NCBI GenBank assembly: GCA_963734545.1
Contig: CAVTHO010000007.1
Location: forward strand, 320,001-384,000
Origin: an uncultured Spirochaetota bacterium
Lineage (GTDB): Bacteria > Spirochaetota > Spirochaetia > SZUA-6 > Fen-1364
Reading direction: 5' to 3'
Length of the DNA stretch: 64,000 bases
The position numbers were made by a program, and so were the translations under genes. The notes under the pieces were generated by a model, which worked only from the letters and a program-made list of their open reading frames with translations, did no database searches and was not told the origin of the DNA. Shown piece by piece: positions 38,307 through 48,738 of the stretch. Positions within the stretch are counted from its first letter, which is position 1. Every line of letters begins with the position of its first letter.

Positions 38307-39251
38307 TTATTTTGTCTCGAAAATAGTGCTCACTCCCTGAACGATCTTCTGGGTGTCCCGGGTCACGGTGAGCAGCTCCTTCGAGATTGCCTCCAGGTTC
38401 TTCACGGTCGTTTCCAGGCTTTTCGCCGTGTCGGGGGCGCCCAGCGTCGAAATAACGGAGTTCTTTGCCGTCAGCTCCGCCACGGCGGTCTGGATATCCG
38501 CGGTGCTCTGACGGATCGATTTCATGGAGGCTGCCAGGTCATCGGAGCTCGACGAGAGGTTGCCTTCCAGCTTTGCGAGCAGCTTCTTTGTGGTCTGGGA
38601 GACATCCGTTGCGGCTGACTGGAGCTGGTCGACAGAGGAGGTGATTGCAGCGGTCATATCGGGAACCGACTGCGTCAGCTCGACCGCCCTGTCGGTCACG
38701 ATCCGCACGTTCTGCGCCGTCTTGGCAATATCCTTGAGGGAGCTCTCCAGCACGCCCTGATTTTTCTTGAGGAGGTCCACGATGCCCTTGATGCTGCTGG
38801 CCAGATCGGTGACCATGCCCATCGTATCTCCGCCGAGAAGATCCGTGATATTGAATGCGGGCTGGCCTTCGAAAAGGTAACCCGATCCGACCTGGGGCGA
38901 TTCCTTGGGCCCCGGGTTCTGCTCGATATACATGTCACCGAGGATGCCCTTCGCAATCAGGGCGAATTTGTCGTCCCTTCGGACGGTCTTCCCGGGACGA
39001 AAGGTGAGGGTGGCCATGATGGTCTTCTCGTCGTCCGCCGGCTCGAGCCGGGTGACCGATCCGACTTTCAGCCCTGCCTTTCGCACCCATGCGCCCGTGT
39101 TCAGGTCTCCCACGCTGGTGAAATGAACACGCACCTCCACCCCGCGCGTGAACTGAAAGTTGTTGACGAGGAGGTAGAGGAGGGCGGAAGCGGCGACCGC
39201 GAAGATGATAATGACGATGACGCGGATGATCTTGCTTGCTCTAACTGGCAT
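38307..39251 (-). CDS. mlaD: MlaD/MCE family protein (second system)
   Basis: TM; FTSVGDLNTGAWVRKAGLKVGSV; GILGDMYI. Confidence 0.9.
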   Translation of the reverse strand: MPVRASKIIRVIVIIIFAVAASALLYLLVNNFQFTRGVEVRVHFTSVGDLNTGAWVRKAGLKVGSVTRLEPADDEKTIMATLTFRPGKTVRRDDKFALIAKGILGDMYIEQNPGPKESPQVGSGYLFEGQPAFNITDLLGGDTMGMVTDLASSIKGIVDLLKKNQGVLESSLKDIAKTAQNVRIVTDRAVELTQSVPDMTAAITSSVDQLQSAATDVSQTTKKLLAKLEGNLSSSSDDLAASMKSIRQSTADIQTAVAELTAKNSVISTLGAPDTAKSLETTVKNLEAISKELLTVTRDTQKIVQGVSTIFETK

Positions 39252-39990
39252 TTTCCTGGCGGATCCTTTCTCTCTTTTCTATAAAGTGATCGTACACCGC
39301 CGAGGTTTTGCTGAACGCCTCGTCGCGTTCCTCGAGGGTGACAATGCGCCCGTCCTCCAGGAGCGCGATCCTGTCGGCGATATACCGGGTGAGGTCGATG
39401 TCGTGCGTCACGACCAGGGAGGTGATTGCGCGCTCCGTCTGCAGGCGCCTGATCATGGACTCCACGATGGCCGAGCTGGCCGGGTCGAGACCCGACGTCG
39501 GCTCGTCATACAGAAGGTAGCGCGGCTCCAGTATCATCGCGCGCGCCACCGCGACCTTTCTCTTCATTCCCCCCGAGAGCTCGCGCGGCATGGCGGTCAT
39601 GGACTCCCGCATGCCGACGAGGTCCAGGTATGCGTGCACCTTTTTCTCGATCTCCCGGGCGGAGCACGACTTGTGGTAGGCGAGGGGAAAGGCGACATTC
39701 TCGAACACGTTCATCGAGTCGAAAAGCGCGCCCTCCTGGAAGAGCATCCCTATCTTTTTCCTGATGAGGTACAGCCGGCGGCGGTCCGCGCCGACGACCT
39801 CGTCCCCGTCTATGATGATGCTGCCTGACTGCGGCCGCAGCAGTCCGGTGATGCACTTCAGAAGCACGGACTTGCCGATCCCGCTCGCGCCGATGATGAC
39901 GGTGGTGAGCGATTCTGCCACCTCGACGCTGAGACCGTCCAGCACAGGGCGCTCGGGAAACGCGAAGCACACATCCCGCACTCGGATCAC
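39241..39990 (-). CDS. mlaF: ABC ATP-binding protein, MlaF type
   Basis: GASGIGKS, LSGGMKRKV, YDEPTSGLDP; GTG start at 39990 overlaps the mlaE stop. Confidence 0.92.
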   Translation of the reverse strand: MIRVRDVCFAFPERPVLDGLSVEVAESLTTVIIGASGIGKSVLLKCITGLLRPQSGSIIIDGDEVVGADRRRLYLIRKKIGMLFQEGALFDSMNVFENVAFPLAYHKSCSAREIEKKVHAYLDLVGMRESMTAMPRELSGGMKRKVAVARAMILEPRYLLYDEPTSGLDPASSAIVESMIRRLQTERAITSLVVTHDIDLTRYIADRIALLEDGRIVTLEERDEAFSKTSAVYDHFIEKRERIRQENAS

Positions 39991-40769
39991 ACGACGCTCC
40001 AGCCGGTGATCTGGTCCACCACTCCGAAGATCGAATCCACGACGATGACCACGATCAGGTTGATGACGATCGACTTCGTGGTGGTCTTGCCCAGCTCGAC
40101 GGCACCGCCCTGGAAGTAGAAGCCGAGTCCGCAGGCGTTGATGGCGATGAAGAACGCCATGATCATGCAGCGGACGTATGAGGTCGTCAGGATAGGATGC
40201 CGCAGGACCTCGAAGACGTGCTGGAGGAATATCGCGGGGGAGATGCCGAACCACCATTGCATGCAGGCGATGGCTGTACCGATGGCCACCACGTCACTGA
40301 GTGCCTTGAGGATGGGCAGGCTGATGATCGCGGCGAGCACCCGCGGGATGACGATCTGCTGAGAGGGCTCCACCGCCATGAGACGCAGCGCATCGAGCTG
40401 CCCGCTCATGTGCATGGATCCGATTTCCACCGTGAAGGCGGTGCCGATCCGCGCGGCAAACATCATCGAACCGATGATCGTGGTGCTTTCCGACAGCAGC
40501 AGGTAGACGACGATTGACCCGGTCCAGTTGATGACGCTGAATCTGCTGCCGTCCCACCCGCCCAGCCAGGCGAAGAGTCCCCCCTGCACGACCCCGGTGA
40601 TCATCATCGCGCCGAACGCTTCCAGTATGACGCGCACGATCTGCTGGCCGAGCTGGGCAACCGGAAACGGCTCGCGGAGAAGCCAGAAGAAGAAGTTGCC
40701 GTACATGCTGACTATGGACCTGGCGGCGAGTGACCACTCCTGAGATTCTTCGCTTTTTGCCCTGGACAT
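39987..40769 (-). CDS. mlaE: ABC permease, MlaE type (divergent)
   Basis: AARIGTAFTVEIGSM…QLDAL…PRV; promoter TTGACA-N17-TACTAT at 40779-40807. Confidence 0.88.
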   Translation of the reverse strand: MSRAKSEESQEWSLAARSIVSMYGNFFFWLLREPFPVAQLGQQIVRVILEAFGAMMITGVVQGGLFAWLGGWDGSRFSVINWTGSIVVYLLLSESTTIIGSMMFAARIGTAFTVEIGSMHMSGQLDALRLMAVEPSQQIVIPRVLAAIISLPILKALSDVVAIGTAIACMQWWFGISPAIFLQHVFEVLRHPILTTSYVRCMIMAFFIAINACGLGFYFQGGAVELGKTTTKSIVINLIVVIVVDSIFGVVDQITGWSVV

Positions 40770-40891
40770 GCTGCGGTGATAGTAGTTACGGCGCAGGAGG
40801 GTGTCAAGGATTTGGGCTCCGCCGTCTGAAAGGGACACGGAATACCGTGTCTGGCTTGACAAATGCGGAGGCCTCAAGGGACACTCTCTCG

Positions 40892-41374
40892 ATGCTTTCC
40901 CACCGCGCCGTCGACATTCTCGCCAGGGCCCTGTCGAACCCTGTCTTCCTTTCCGCGCTCTCGAGCTGGCTCATCGCCCAGATCCTCAAGTCCTGCATCA
41001 TGTTGTTCCGCAATCGGCCGCAGACCGCAAAGGAAATACTCCTGAACCTGTTCTGGACCACCGGTGGCATGCCCAGCAGCCACTCGGCCGTCGTTGCCTC
41101 GCTCGCCACGTCGGCGGGATTCGTGGAAGGCCCTGATTCCACCCTGTTCATTGTGACCCTGTTCTATGCGGTGCTCACCTTCCGGGACGCGCTGGGCGTG
41201 CGCCGCGCCGCCGGCGCGCAGGCAAAGGTGCTGAACCAGCTCATTCGCGACCTGTCCGTGCATTTTTCGCTTCGCAGCAGACCCGTGAAGGAGATCCACG
41301 GTCACACGATGTCCGAGGTATTCGTCGGCGCCTTGCTGGGGTTCTTTATCGCCCTGGCCTACTGCACACTCTGA
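40892..41374 (+). CDS. Divergent PAP2 family (DUF212) membrane protein
   Basis: GGMPSSHS, DALGVRR, GHT motifs. Confidence 0.92.
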   Translation: MLSHRAVDILARALSNPVFLSALSSWLIAQILKSCIMLFRNRPQTAKEILLNLFWTTGGMPSSHSAVVASLATSAGFVEGPDSTLFIVTLFYAVLTFRDALGVRRAAGAQAKVLNQLIRDLSVHFSLRSRPVKEIHGHTMSEVFVGALLGFFIALAYCTL

Positions 41375-43044
41375 TGGCGCGCGGCAGTCCCGTCCGTCCC
41401 GCGGCGCGCGCGTCGCATCGCACCACGGCCCGGCATTCTTCGTCTCCGCCCGCGCGCCGTACGACCAGGCGGCGGGCGGCCCGGCGTCCTCCCGCGCCGG
41501 CGCCTGCCAGGAGTGAGGTGCCGCGGGCCGCGATTCTCCTTCCCCTGATTCTCCTGCTTGCGGCCGCCCTGCTTCTGCTGCCTTCGGCGGGGCGGATTTC
41601 TCCGAAGCCCACGTCCATCTGGCGCGGCTTCCAGACCCTCCTGGTGCGGGGAAGCGCCGCGAAAGCGGAATCCATGTCAGCGCTTGCCGTTCGGCTCGGG
41701 CCGGGAGTCGTCTCCGAAGTCACCGCGCCGTTTGAGTTCTGGGACTTTACCGGTCTCTCCACGGCGACCTACCGGGACCTGAATCTTCGACTGGATCCAC
41801 AGGACCCGCGTCGGGACAGATTCATCGATGGCGCGGTCGGGTATTTCCTTGCTGCCGACAGGCAGGGGGAGTGGCACATCCTCTACATCCCCGCGGTGCA
41901 AACTAGCTTCCGTCTCTGGATTCGGATCTCGGGTGCGCTGGGGCTCCCCTTCCGGGGAGAATGGCGGTTGGTCGAGTTTGATCCCTTGGGCAAATTGCTT
42001 TCGCTCGGAGCGCTGTTCGGGCTTGCTGTTCTGCTCGCGCTCGCGCAGGAGGAGAGAAGACGCGCCGCGCTCGCCTTCGCCCTTGCCGGCGCGCTTCTGT
42101 GGACGCCCTTCCTCCTGTCGGGCGGGTTGGCCCGGTTTGCACTTACCTTGATTCTCCTGCCGGCCTGGTTCCCCCTGACCGGGGCCGACATCTCCCTGGC
42201 CGGAGACGCCAGGGAGTTCGCCCGATTGAAAAGACCGCTCCTCATCTACGGCAGCGCCGCCGTCTTGTCGTGTGGGCTTCTTCTGGTCACTTCCGGTGTT
42301 TCCGGTTCAAATCTCGCGGGCTTTCTCTCGCCGTTTGCCGTTTCGATTCTGATGCTCCTGCTGCCGGCGGTCATGCGGGGAAAAGGTCGCCGGTACAGCG
42401 GCCGCATGATATTCGAGCCGGTGCCCATTGTGCGGCCGAGGAGCGACGCCCTTCGAAGCCGGCCGCTGGCGCTCATGTGCGCCGCGGCAAGCCTCGTTCT
42501 CATCGGTCTTCTCTTCTTCGTGCGGGGGCCGGCGCTTCCCACTCCGTTGCCGGTCGCACGTGCCACGGACTTTTCCTGGGGCGCCCTGGACAGGATGAAA
42601 CGGGCGAGCCCCGCCCCGGTGCTGCCCGACTTTCTCGGCCTCGTGACTCATGCGGCGTTCCAGGAAACCATTGCATTCGGGAGACCCTGGAGACCACCGG
42701 AAATGGACGAGCGGGTGTACATTCGCGAGTTCACTCTGAACCCCCTGACGGGCGCCACGATGGCACGCCAGAGGATCGTCAAGGTATTCGACGCGACATG
42801 GCTCGCGAGCGTGCAGCGGCGTTCGACGCCGGGAAGCCTGGGCGCGTTATTCTACGCACAGGGGCGTCCCACGATAACCGCGTTGCGCGGTCCGGAGAGC
42901 GCCTCCCTGCGCGAGCTGCCCGCCGCGTTCGTGGTGCTCATGGCGTTCCTCGCGTGGCTGCGGAGGGACCTCATCCGTGGACCCTTGATCCGCGCCAATC
43001 TTCTGCGCTTAAATAGCTCGGCGCGGCGAAACCAGGCTCAATGA
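41374..43044 (+). CDS. Polytopic membrane protein of unknown function
   Basis: About 8 hydrophobic helices and two soluble domains; overlaps both neighbouring genes. Confidence 0.75.
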   Translation: MARGSPVRPAARASHRTTARHSSSPPARRTTRRRAARRPPAPAPARSEVPRAAILLPLILLLAAALLLLPSAGRISPKPTSIWRGFQTLLVRGSAAKAESMSALAVRLGPGVVSEVTAPFEFWDFTGLSTATYRDLNLRLDPQDPRRDRFIDGAVGYFLAADRQGEWHILYIPAVQTSFRLWIRISGALGLPFRGEWRLVEFDPLGKLLSLGALFGLAVLLALAQEERRRAALAFALAGALLWTPFLLSGGLARFALTLILLPAWFPLTGADISLAGDAREFARLKRPLLIYGSAAVLSCGLLLVTSGVSGSNLAGFLSPFAVSILMLLLPAVMRGKGRRYSGRMIFEPVPIVRPRSDALRSRPLALMCAAASLVLIGLLFFVRGPALPTPLPVARATDFSWGALDRMKRASPAPVLPDFLGLVTHAAFQETIAFGRPWRPPEMDERVYIREFTLNPLTGATMARQRIVKVFDATWLASVQRRSTPGSLGALFYAQGRPTITALRGPESASLRELPAAFVVLMAFLAWLRRDLIRGPLIRANLLRLNSSARRNQAQ

Positions 43045-44351
43045 CACACGCGAACAGTCTCCTCAGGGGCGGGGTGAACCCGCCGGACACCAGCCTCATC
43101 TCCCGGGAGGCGGCGATTGCGAACGCGGTCGTGCCGTCTGTCGCCGTGATCCCGATGCTTCAGCATGCCGGTCGCGCGGCCATCTGCGTCGTGAAGCCCG
43201 GTGATCTCGTGCGCGAGGGAATGCTCATCGGCAGGGCGGACGGGATACGTTCCGCAAACGTCCACTCATCGATCCCGGGGCGGGTCGTGGAAGTACGGCG
43301 CCTCCCGCAGCCGGCAGGATGTGATGCGGCAGTGATCGAGCTCGGCGGCGAGTTCGACAGATCCGGAAAGCCGCGGACGCTCCACGGCTGGGAGAAGCTT
43401 TCGCGCATCGATCTGCTGGGCAGGATTCAATCGGCGGGCGTCGTCGGTCTCGGGGGTGAGCTCGTTCCCACGCACCTGAAGCTCGCAACCATGGCCGGCA
43501 AGGCAGGCTCCCTCCTTGTCGCAAACGGAATCGATTGTGAGCCCTCCCTCAGCGCGGACTTCGCGCTCATGCGGGAAAAACCCGTTGAGATCGTCGAGGC
43601 CCTGCGCATCTGCCAGGCCCTTGTGGGCGCGGCGCGGGTCGTGCTCGCCCTGGGCGAGGATGCGGAAGGGCTGGTGCCGGAGTTCGAGCGCGCGTTCAAG
43701 AGGGCCGGCCTGCCGGGCGAGACAGCGCTGATGCCCTCGCGCTATCCGCAGGGAAACGAGCAGCTCGTTCTGTCCTCCCTCGACGGGGTGCGGCCGTCCG
43801 GACCCCGCGCGCCGTCCGTTGTGCTCAATGTCGCCACGCTCTTTGCCGTCTACGAAGCTGTCGTCATGGACAAGCCGCTGATCGAGCGAGTGCTCACGGT
43901 GACGGGAACGTCCGTGGCGGCACCGCGCAACCTCAAGGCCAGGCTGGGCACTCCGGTCGGTGACCTCTTCGATGACTGTGGAGGCCTCACGACGCCGGCC
44001 GGCAAGATCGTCGTCGGCGGCCCGATGAGGGGGGTGGCAATTGCCTCCCTGGACGTCCCCGTGACCAAAGGCACTGCCGGCGTCACCGTTTTTGCAGGCG
44101 CAGAGGCGCGCACCCGCAAGGAATGGCCGTGCATCCATTGCGGGATCTGCGTGGAGGTCTGCCCCTGGGAGCTGGTTCCCACACGGCTCCACAAGCTCAT
44201 CCAGCAGGGAGAAATCGAGACCGCGATGAGTGAAGGCCTGGGTCACTGCACGGAATGCGGATGCTGCGCGTTCGCCTGCCCGTCCCACATCCCGCTCGTG
44301 GATATCCTGCGGACCGGGAAGCGGTCCCGAGGGCGAGTGGTCGATGGCTGA
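43041..44351 (+). CDS. rnfC: Rnf subunit C, divergent
   Basis: VHSSIPG, RYPQG, GGPMRG, two CxxCxxCxxxCP motifs. Confidence 0.92.
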   Translation: MTHANSLLRGGVNPPDTSLISREAAIANAVVPSVAVIPMLQHAGRAAICVVKPGDLVREGMLIGRADGIRSANVHSSIPGRVVEVRRLPQPAGCDAAVIELGGEFDRSGKPRTLHGWEKLSRIDLLGRIQSAGVVGLGGELVPTHLKLATMAGKAGSLLVANGIDCEPSLSADFALMREKPVEIVEALRICQALVGAARVVLALGEDAEGLVPEFERAFKRAGLPGETALMPSRYPQGNEQLVLSSLDGVRPSGPRAPSVVLNVATLFAVYEAVVMDKPLIERVLTVTGTSVAAPRNLKARLGTPVGDLFDDCGGLTTPAGKIVVGGPMRGVAIASLDVPVTKGTAGVTVFAGAEARTRKEWPCIHCGICVEVCPWELVPTRLHKLIQQGEIETAMSEGLGHCTECGCCAFACPSHIPLVDILRTGKRSRGRVVDG

Positions 44352-45460
44352 TACGAGCACCACGCGCGCGCCCGGCAGGCTTATCCTGTCTCCCGCGCCC
44401 CATCTCGGCGCCCCCACATCCGCCGCACGCATGACGTGGCTTGTCAGCCTGTCGCTGATTCCCGCGTCAGTCTGGGGCAGTGTTTCTCTTCGGGTTTCCC
44501 GCCGTGCGGGTCATCCTGGCTTCGCTCTGCGCCGCGCTCATCGCGGAGGTCGCTTCCTCGGCTCTGTTCCGTCGGTTCACTCTCGGGGACGGCAGCGCGT
44601 TCCTCACCGGATTGCTCGTGGGCCTCCTGATGCCTGCCGGCGTGCCATTGTACGTGCCGGCAGCTGCCGCCGCATTCGCCATTCTCGTCGTCAAGCAAAG
44701 CTTCGGGGGCCTGGGCCGGAACTGGATGAACCCGGCCCTGGGAGGCGTGGTGTTCGCCCTGCTCTCGTGGAGCAGCTCAATGACGCGCTGGGCGCCCGTG
44801 GGGGACGCTTCCGCGGGCACGGCCGCCGTGCCGCCGCTGGAAGCCCTGCGTTCTTGGCTCGTCGGCTTCGGGCGCGGTCGGGAGACCTCTGGATGTCCTT
44901 GCGAGCCACGGATATGTCTTCAGCGGCCTGGACGGGAGGATCGTTTCCTGGCTCAACGCGCACATACTTTCGCCGATCCATGCCGACCCTGGCCGCAGGT
45001 TCTTTCGACATTCTCGTCGGGTACGTGCCCGGGCCGCATAGGCGAGGTGTCCGCTCCCCTGCTTCTGCTGGGCGCGGCATTCCTTGTTTCGAGGCGAATC
45101 GTGCGCTGGCAGGTGCCGGTCGCCTATGTCGGCTCATTTGCCCTTCTCACCCTGGTTTTCGGCGGTTTTGCCGGGGGACAAGGCTGGTTTTCCGGAGGCG
45201 CCCTGTTTCACGTTCTTTCCGGCAGTCTCATCCTCGGCGCATTCTTCATGGCGGGAGACCCGGTGACTTCGCCCCTGGCGCCAACAGGAAAGTGGATCTA
45301 TGGGATCGGACTCGGCCTGTTCACTTTCCTGCTCCGCTTCTACGGCGCTCTGGGGGACGGGGTGGCTGTCTCCGTCCTCCTGGGCAACTGCGCGGTGCCG
45401 TTCCTCGACAGGCTTCTTCAGCCGCGCGCGCCTGCCGGCGCGCGGGAGGGCAGTGCATGA
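44344..45460 (+). CDS. rnfD: Rnf subunit D, several apparent frameshifts
   Basis: SPAPH, KQSFGGLGRNWMNPAL, GRIGEVSA, FFMAGDPVTSP. Confidence 0.88.
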
Positions 45461-46105
45461 CCCCGAGTGAAGTATTGAGCAGAGGGATCGCCCGGGAGAA
45501 CCCGACCGCAGTGCTTCTCCTCGGCCTGTGCCCCGCGGCTGCCGTGTCGGTGCGAGTCATCGACTCCCTCTGGATGTCGGCAGGTGTCTTTTCGATCATG
45601 CTGCTGTCCAGTCTCTGCATGACCCTCATCGCGCCGAGAAGAACGGACGCGGATGAGAAGGGGCCTGCGGCGGCTGCCGGAGGATGGCTGGCCGCGCTCG
45701 TGCTTTCCTCCTTTCTCACGGCATCATTCGAGCTCGTGCTCCTCGGGGTCGCCCCGGAGGCAAGCGCCACCCTGGGTATCTATGCCCCCCTGATCGCGGT
45801 GAACTGCCTGGTCCTCACGGTGATCGACGAGAGCGCGCGCGGCCCCCTCAACGGGACGTGCACTCCTGGACGCGGCCGGCAAGGGAGCGGGATTCGCCGC
45901 CTGCCTTCTCCTCATCGGCGTGGTCCGTGAAGTGCTGGGCGCCGGGACGATCACCCTCTTTCCTCTCCCGGGGTTTTCGGGGACCTTTGTGATCGGCTCC
46001 CTTTCCCGTGACCCGGCGCGCGCCCTCAGCTTTGCCGGCGGCGGCCTGCTCTGCCTTGGCTACCTCGCGGCCCTGGCGCGCGTGGTGAAGGGACGGCGGC
46101 TGTGA
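45457..46105 (+). CDS. rnfE: Rnf subunit E, apparent frameshift near 45850-45870
   Basis: ENPTAVLLLGLCP, PLIAVNC, VREVLGAG. Confidence 0.88.
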
Positions 46106-46695
46106 GCTGGGTGGGGATCATCCTCCTGTTTGCCCTGGTCGACAACGTCATTCTCTCGCGTCTGCTCGGCATCTGCCCGCGTGTGGGGGGCGCAGGGAAC
46201 ATGCGCGCCGTTCTGGCGATCGGCGTATCGACAGCCGTGCTCATGGCCGTCTCCGCCCTCGCCGGTTGGGCTATCGACACGCTGGTGCTGGATCCGCTTC
46301 GGGTCGGCTTCCTCCGCACCCCCGCGTTCGTGCTGGCGGTCGCGGGTCTCGCGTTCTTTCTCCAGGCAATGGCTTCCCGCATTTCGCCCGTTCTCGTGCG
46401 CACTTCCGGCTTCTCCCTGCCGGGCGTGGCCATCAACTGCGCCACGCTCGGGATCGTCCTCATCACGACGCGCGGGGGGTACACGGCCGCCGAGAGTCTC
46501 ATCGCGGGACTCGCGGCAGGGCTCGGCTTCATGCTCGTGCGTGCCCTGATGTCCGCCATCAGCGAACGGCTGGCAATCGAGCGGATTCCCCGGGCCTTGA
46601 GCGGGTTTCCGCTCGAATTGATATCGGCGGGTCTCATGGCATACGCGTTCATGGCATTCGACCGCGCGTTTCTTGCGCGTATCCTCGGCGGATAG
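46102..46695 (+). CDS. rnfA: Rnf subunit A
   Basis: DNVILSRLLGICP, INCATLG, GLMAYAF. Confidence 0.9.
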   Translation: MSWVGIILLFALVDNVILSRLLGICPRVGGAGNMRAVLAIGVSTAVLMAVSALAGWAIDTLVLDPLRVGFLRTPAFVLAVAGLAFFLQAMASRISPVLVRTSGFSLPGVAINCATLGIVLITTRGGYTAAESLIAGLAAGLGFMLVRALMSAISERLAIERIPRALSGFPLELISAGLMAYAFMAFDRAFLARILGG

Positions 46696-46705
46696 GATCC
46701 GGATC

Positions 46706-48738
46706 ATGGGAAAGGTCGGAATCATCATCGGCACGCACAACCATCTGCCCCTGGGACTGGACCAGGCGGGTGCGGAGCTCCTGTACCAGCAGGCGTTCAA
46801 GCCCCTGCTGGCCGTCCTGTACCGCTACCCGGGATTCCCCGTCACTCTTCATTACAGCGGTATCCTGATGGAGTGGCTGGAGCAGCTTCATCCCGAGTTC
46901 CTGACCCTGCTCGCTGAAATGGTCAGACGCGGGCAGGTCGAGGTGCTGGGGGGAGGGTACTATGATCCCATCCTTCCCTTGATCCCGACGAATGACAAGC
47001 TCGGCCAGCTGGAGAAAATGACCACGCTGCTGCGCGTCCGGTTCGAAACGCGACCGCGCGGCTGCTGGATAGCGGAGAAGGTGTGGGAGCCGTCACTGGC
47101 CTCCGTGCTTCGCGCGAGCGGCATCGACTACACGTTCGTGGACGACGGCCAGTTCAGAATCGCGGGCGTGCCCGAGGCCGGACTCTGGCGGCCCTGCATC
47201 ACCGAAGACCAGGGAAAGACCATTTCTCTCCTTGCCGTCTCGGGGGCCCTGCCCGCCCTCGCCGCGAGCGCCGGCCCGGCGGAGGTAATAGCCTTTCTCA
47301 AGGAGCTGCCCCGGAGCGGCGATGGCAGCCCGGTGGCGGTGTATCTGGATGACGGGATTGCCGCGCCGAAAACCCTGCTCAGGAACGGCTGGCTGGAGGA
47401 GTTCATCGCGCGCGCGGCGGAGAACACCGACTGGCTGGAACCCTCCACCCCGGGACTCTATCTGAGAGGCAATCCTCCCACCCGCCGGATTTTCGTTCCG
47501 TCCAGCTCGTCGATGGAAATGATGCAGTGGGCGCTGTCTCGCGACCGCCGCACGGCATTCAAAGAGCTGCGCCAGCGCTCTGCGTCGCCGGAGCACGACC
47601 GCCAGTTCATGGTGGGAGGCCAGTTCCGGCAGTTCCTCATCCGCTATCCCGAAGCCTGGCTCATGTACGCCAAAATGATGAACACGCACGTACTCGTGAA
47701 TCAGGTACGGGGCGATAAATACAAGAAGAAAGCGGCGCAGAACGAGCTCTGGAAAGGGCAAAGCCACCATGCATACTGGCACGGCGGAAGCGGGGGAATC
47801 TACGAGAACGCCCTGCGCAAGTCGGTGTACCAGTCGCTGATCGAGGCGGAAAAGATCACCCGGGCCACGGAAATTTTCGCTCCTTCCATCATCAGCGTCG
47901 ACTACGACATGGACAATTGCAATGAGTACCTCTACCAGGGCTCGGAGCTCAACGCATACATCCATTCCCGCGGCGGGGCCATGTTCGAGCTGGATTTTCT
48001 GCCTTCTTCATGGAACTACCTCGACACCATGATGACCGGGAAGAAGAATGCGGCGAGGGGCTCGACGGCGTCTCACCCCGCGGGGAGGAGCCGTCCTGCG
48101 CGTATCAGAGGAAGGCTTTCATCGATCACTTTTTCACGGACGGCTGCGCGCTTCGGGATTTCGAGTCGGGGCGTCACACCGAGGCGGGGGATTTCGTGGC
48201 AGGGCTGTACGAGCTGGTGGATCTCAACCGCGCGCTGCCGGAGCTCCTCATGCGCCGCACGGGCTCCATTTCCGTCGGGGGCGTTGCCCAGGCGGCGGGC
48301 ATAGAAAAGCGATTCGTTTTCCGTCCCCGCTCGATCGACGTGTACTACCGGGTCTCCAATCTCGGTCCCGCCGACATCACGACACGATTCGGAGTCGAGA
48401 TCAACCTTTCGCTCGCCGCGCGATCCGCCGACTGCGGAAGGCTCTTTCTCCTCGACGAGGACAGGAAAAGGGAGATCGAATCTGAAGCCACCGAGATCGA
48501 GGGAGTGAAGGGCCTGCTGGTGCGCGACGTGCGAAACGAGGTCTCCGTCACCCTGTCGTCCGCCCGGGAGTTTCGCTGCTGGAGCATTCCCGTGGAGACC
48601 ATGACATCCGACACGGCTGCCGGCGCCCGCGTGTTCCAGTCGTACTGCTTCGTGCCGCAGTGGGATCTGCGGCTTGCGGTCGGAGAGGCATGGGAAAATC
48701 ACATGAGCGTCGGTTTCGAGAAGACTCAGGGGCCATAG
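46706..48738 (+). CDS. GH57 alpha-amylase / 4-alpha-glucanotransferase, apparent frameshift near 48040
   Basis: HNHLP, GGYYDPIL, WIAEKVW (nucleophile Glu), YPEA, YWHG; C-terminal beta domain in ORF 48010-48738. Confidence 0.9.

Noticed and set aside
44230-45930. 566-aa ORF / RnfD-RnfE fusion
   Set aside because: Chimera of out-of-frame sequence produced by indels in rnfD and rnfE.
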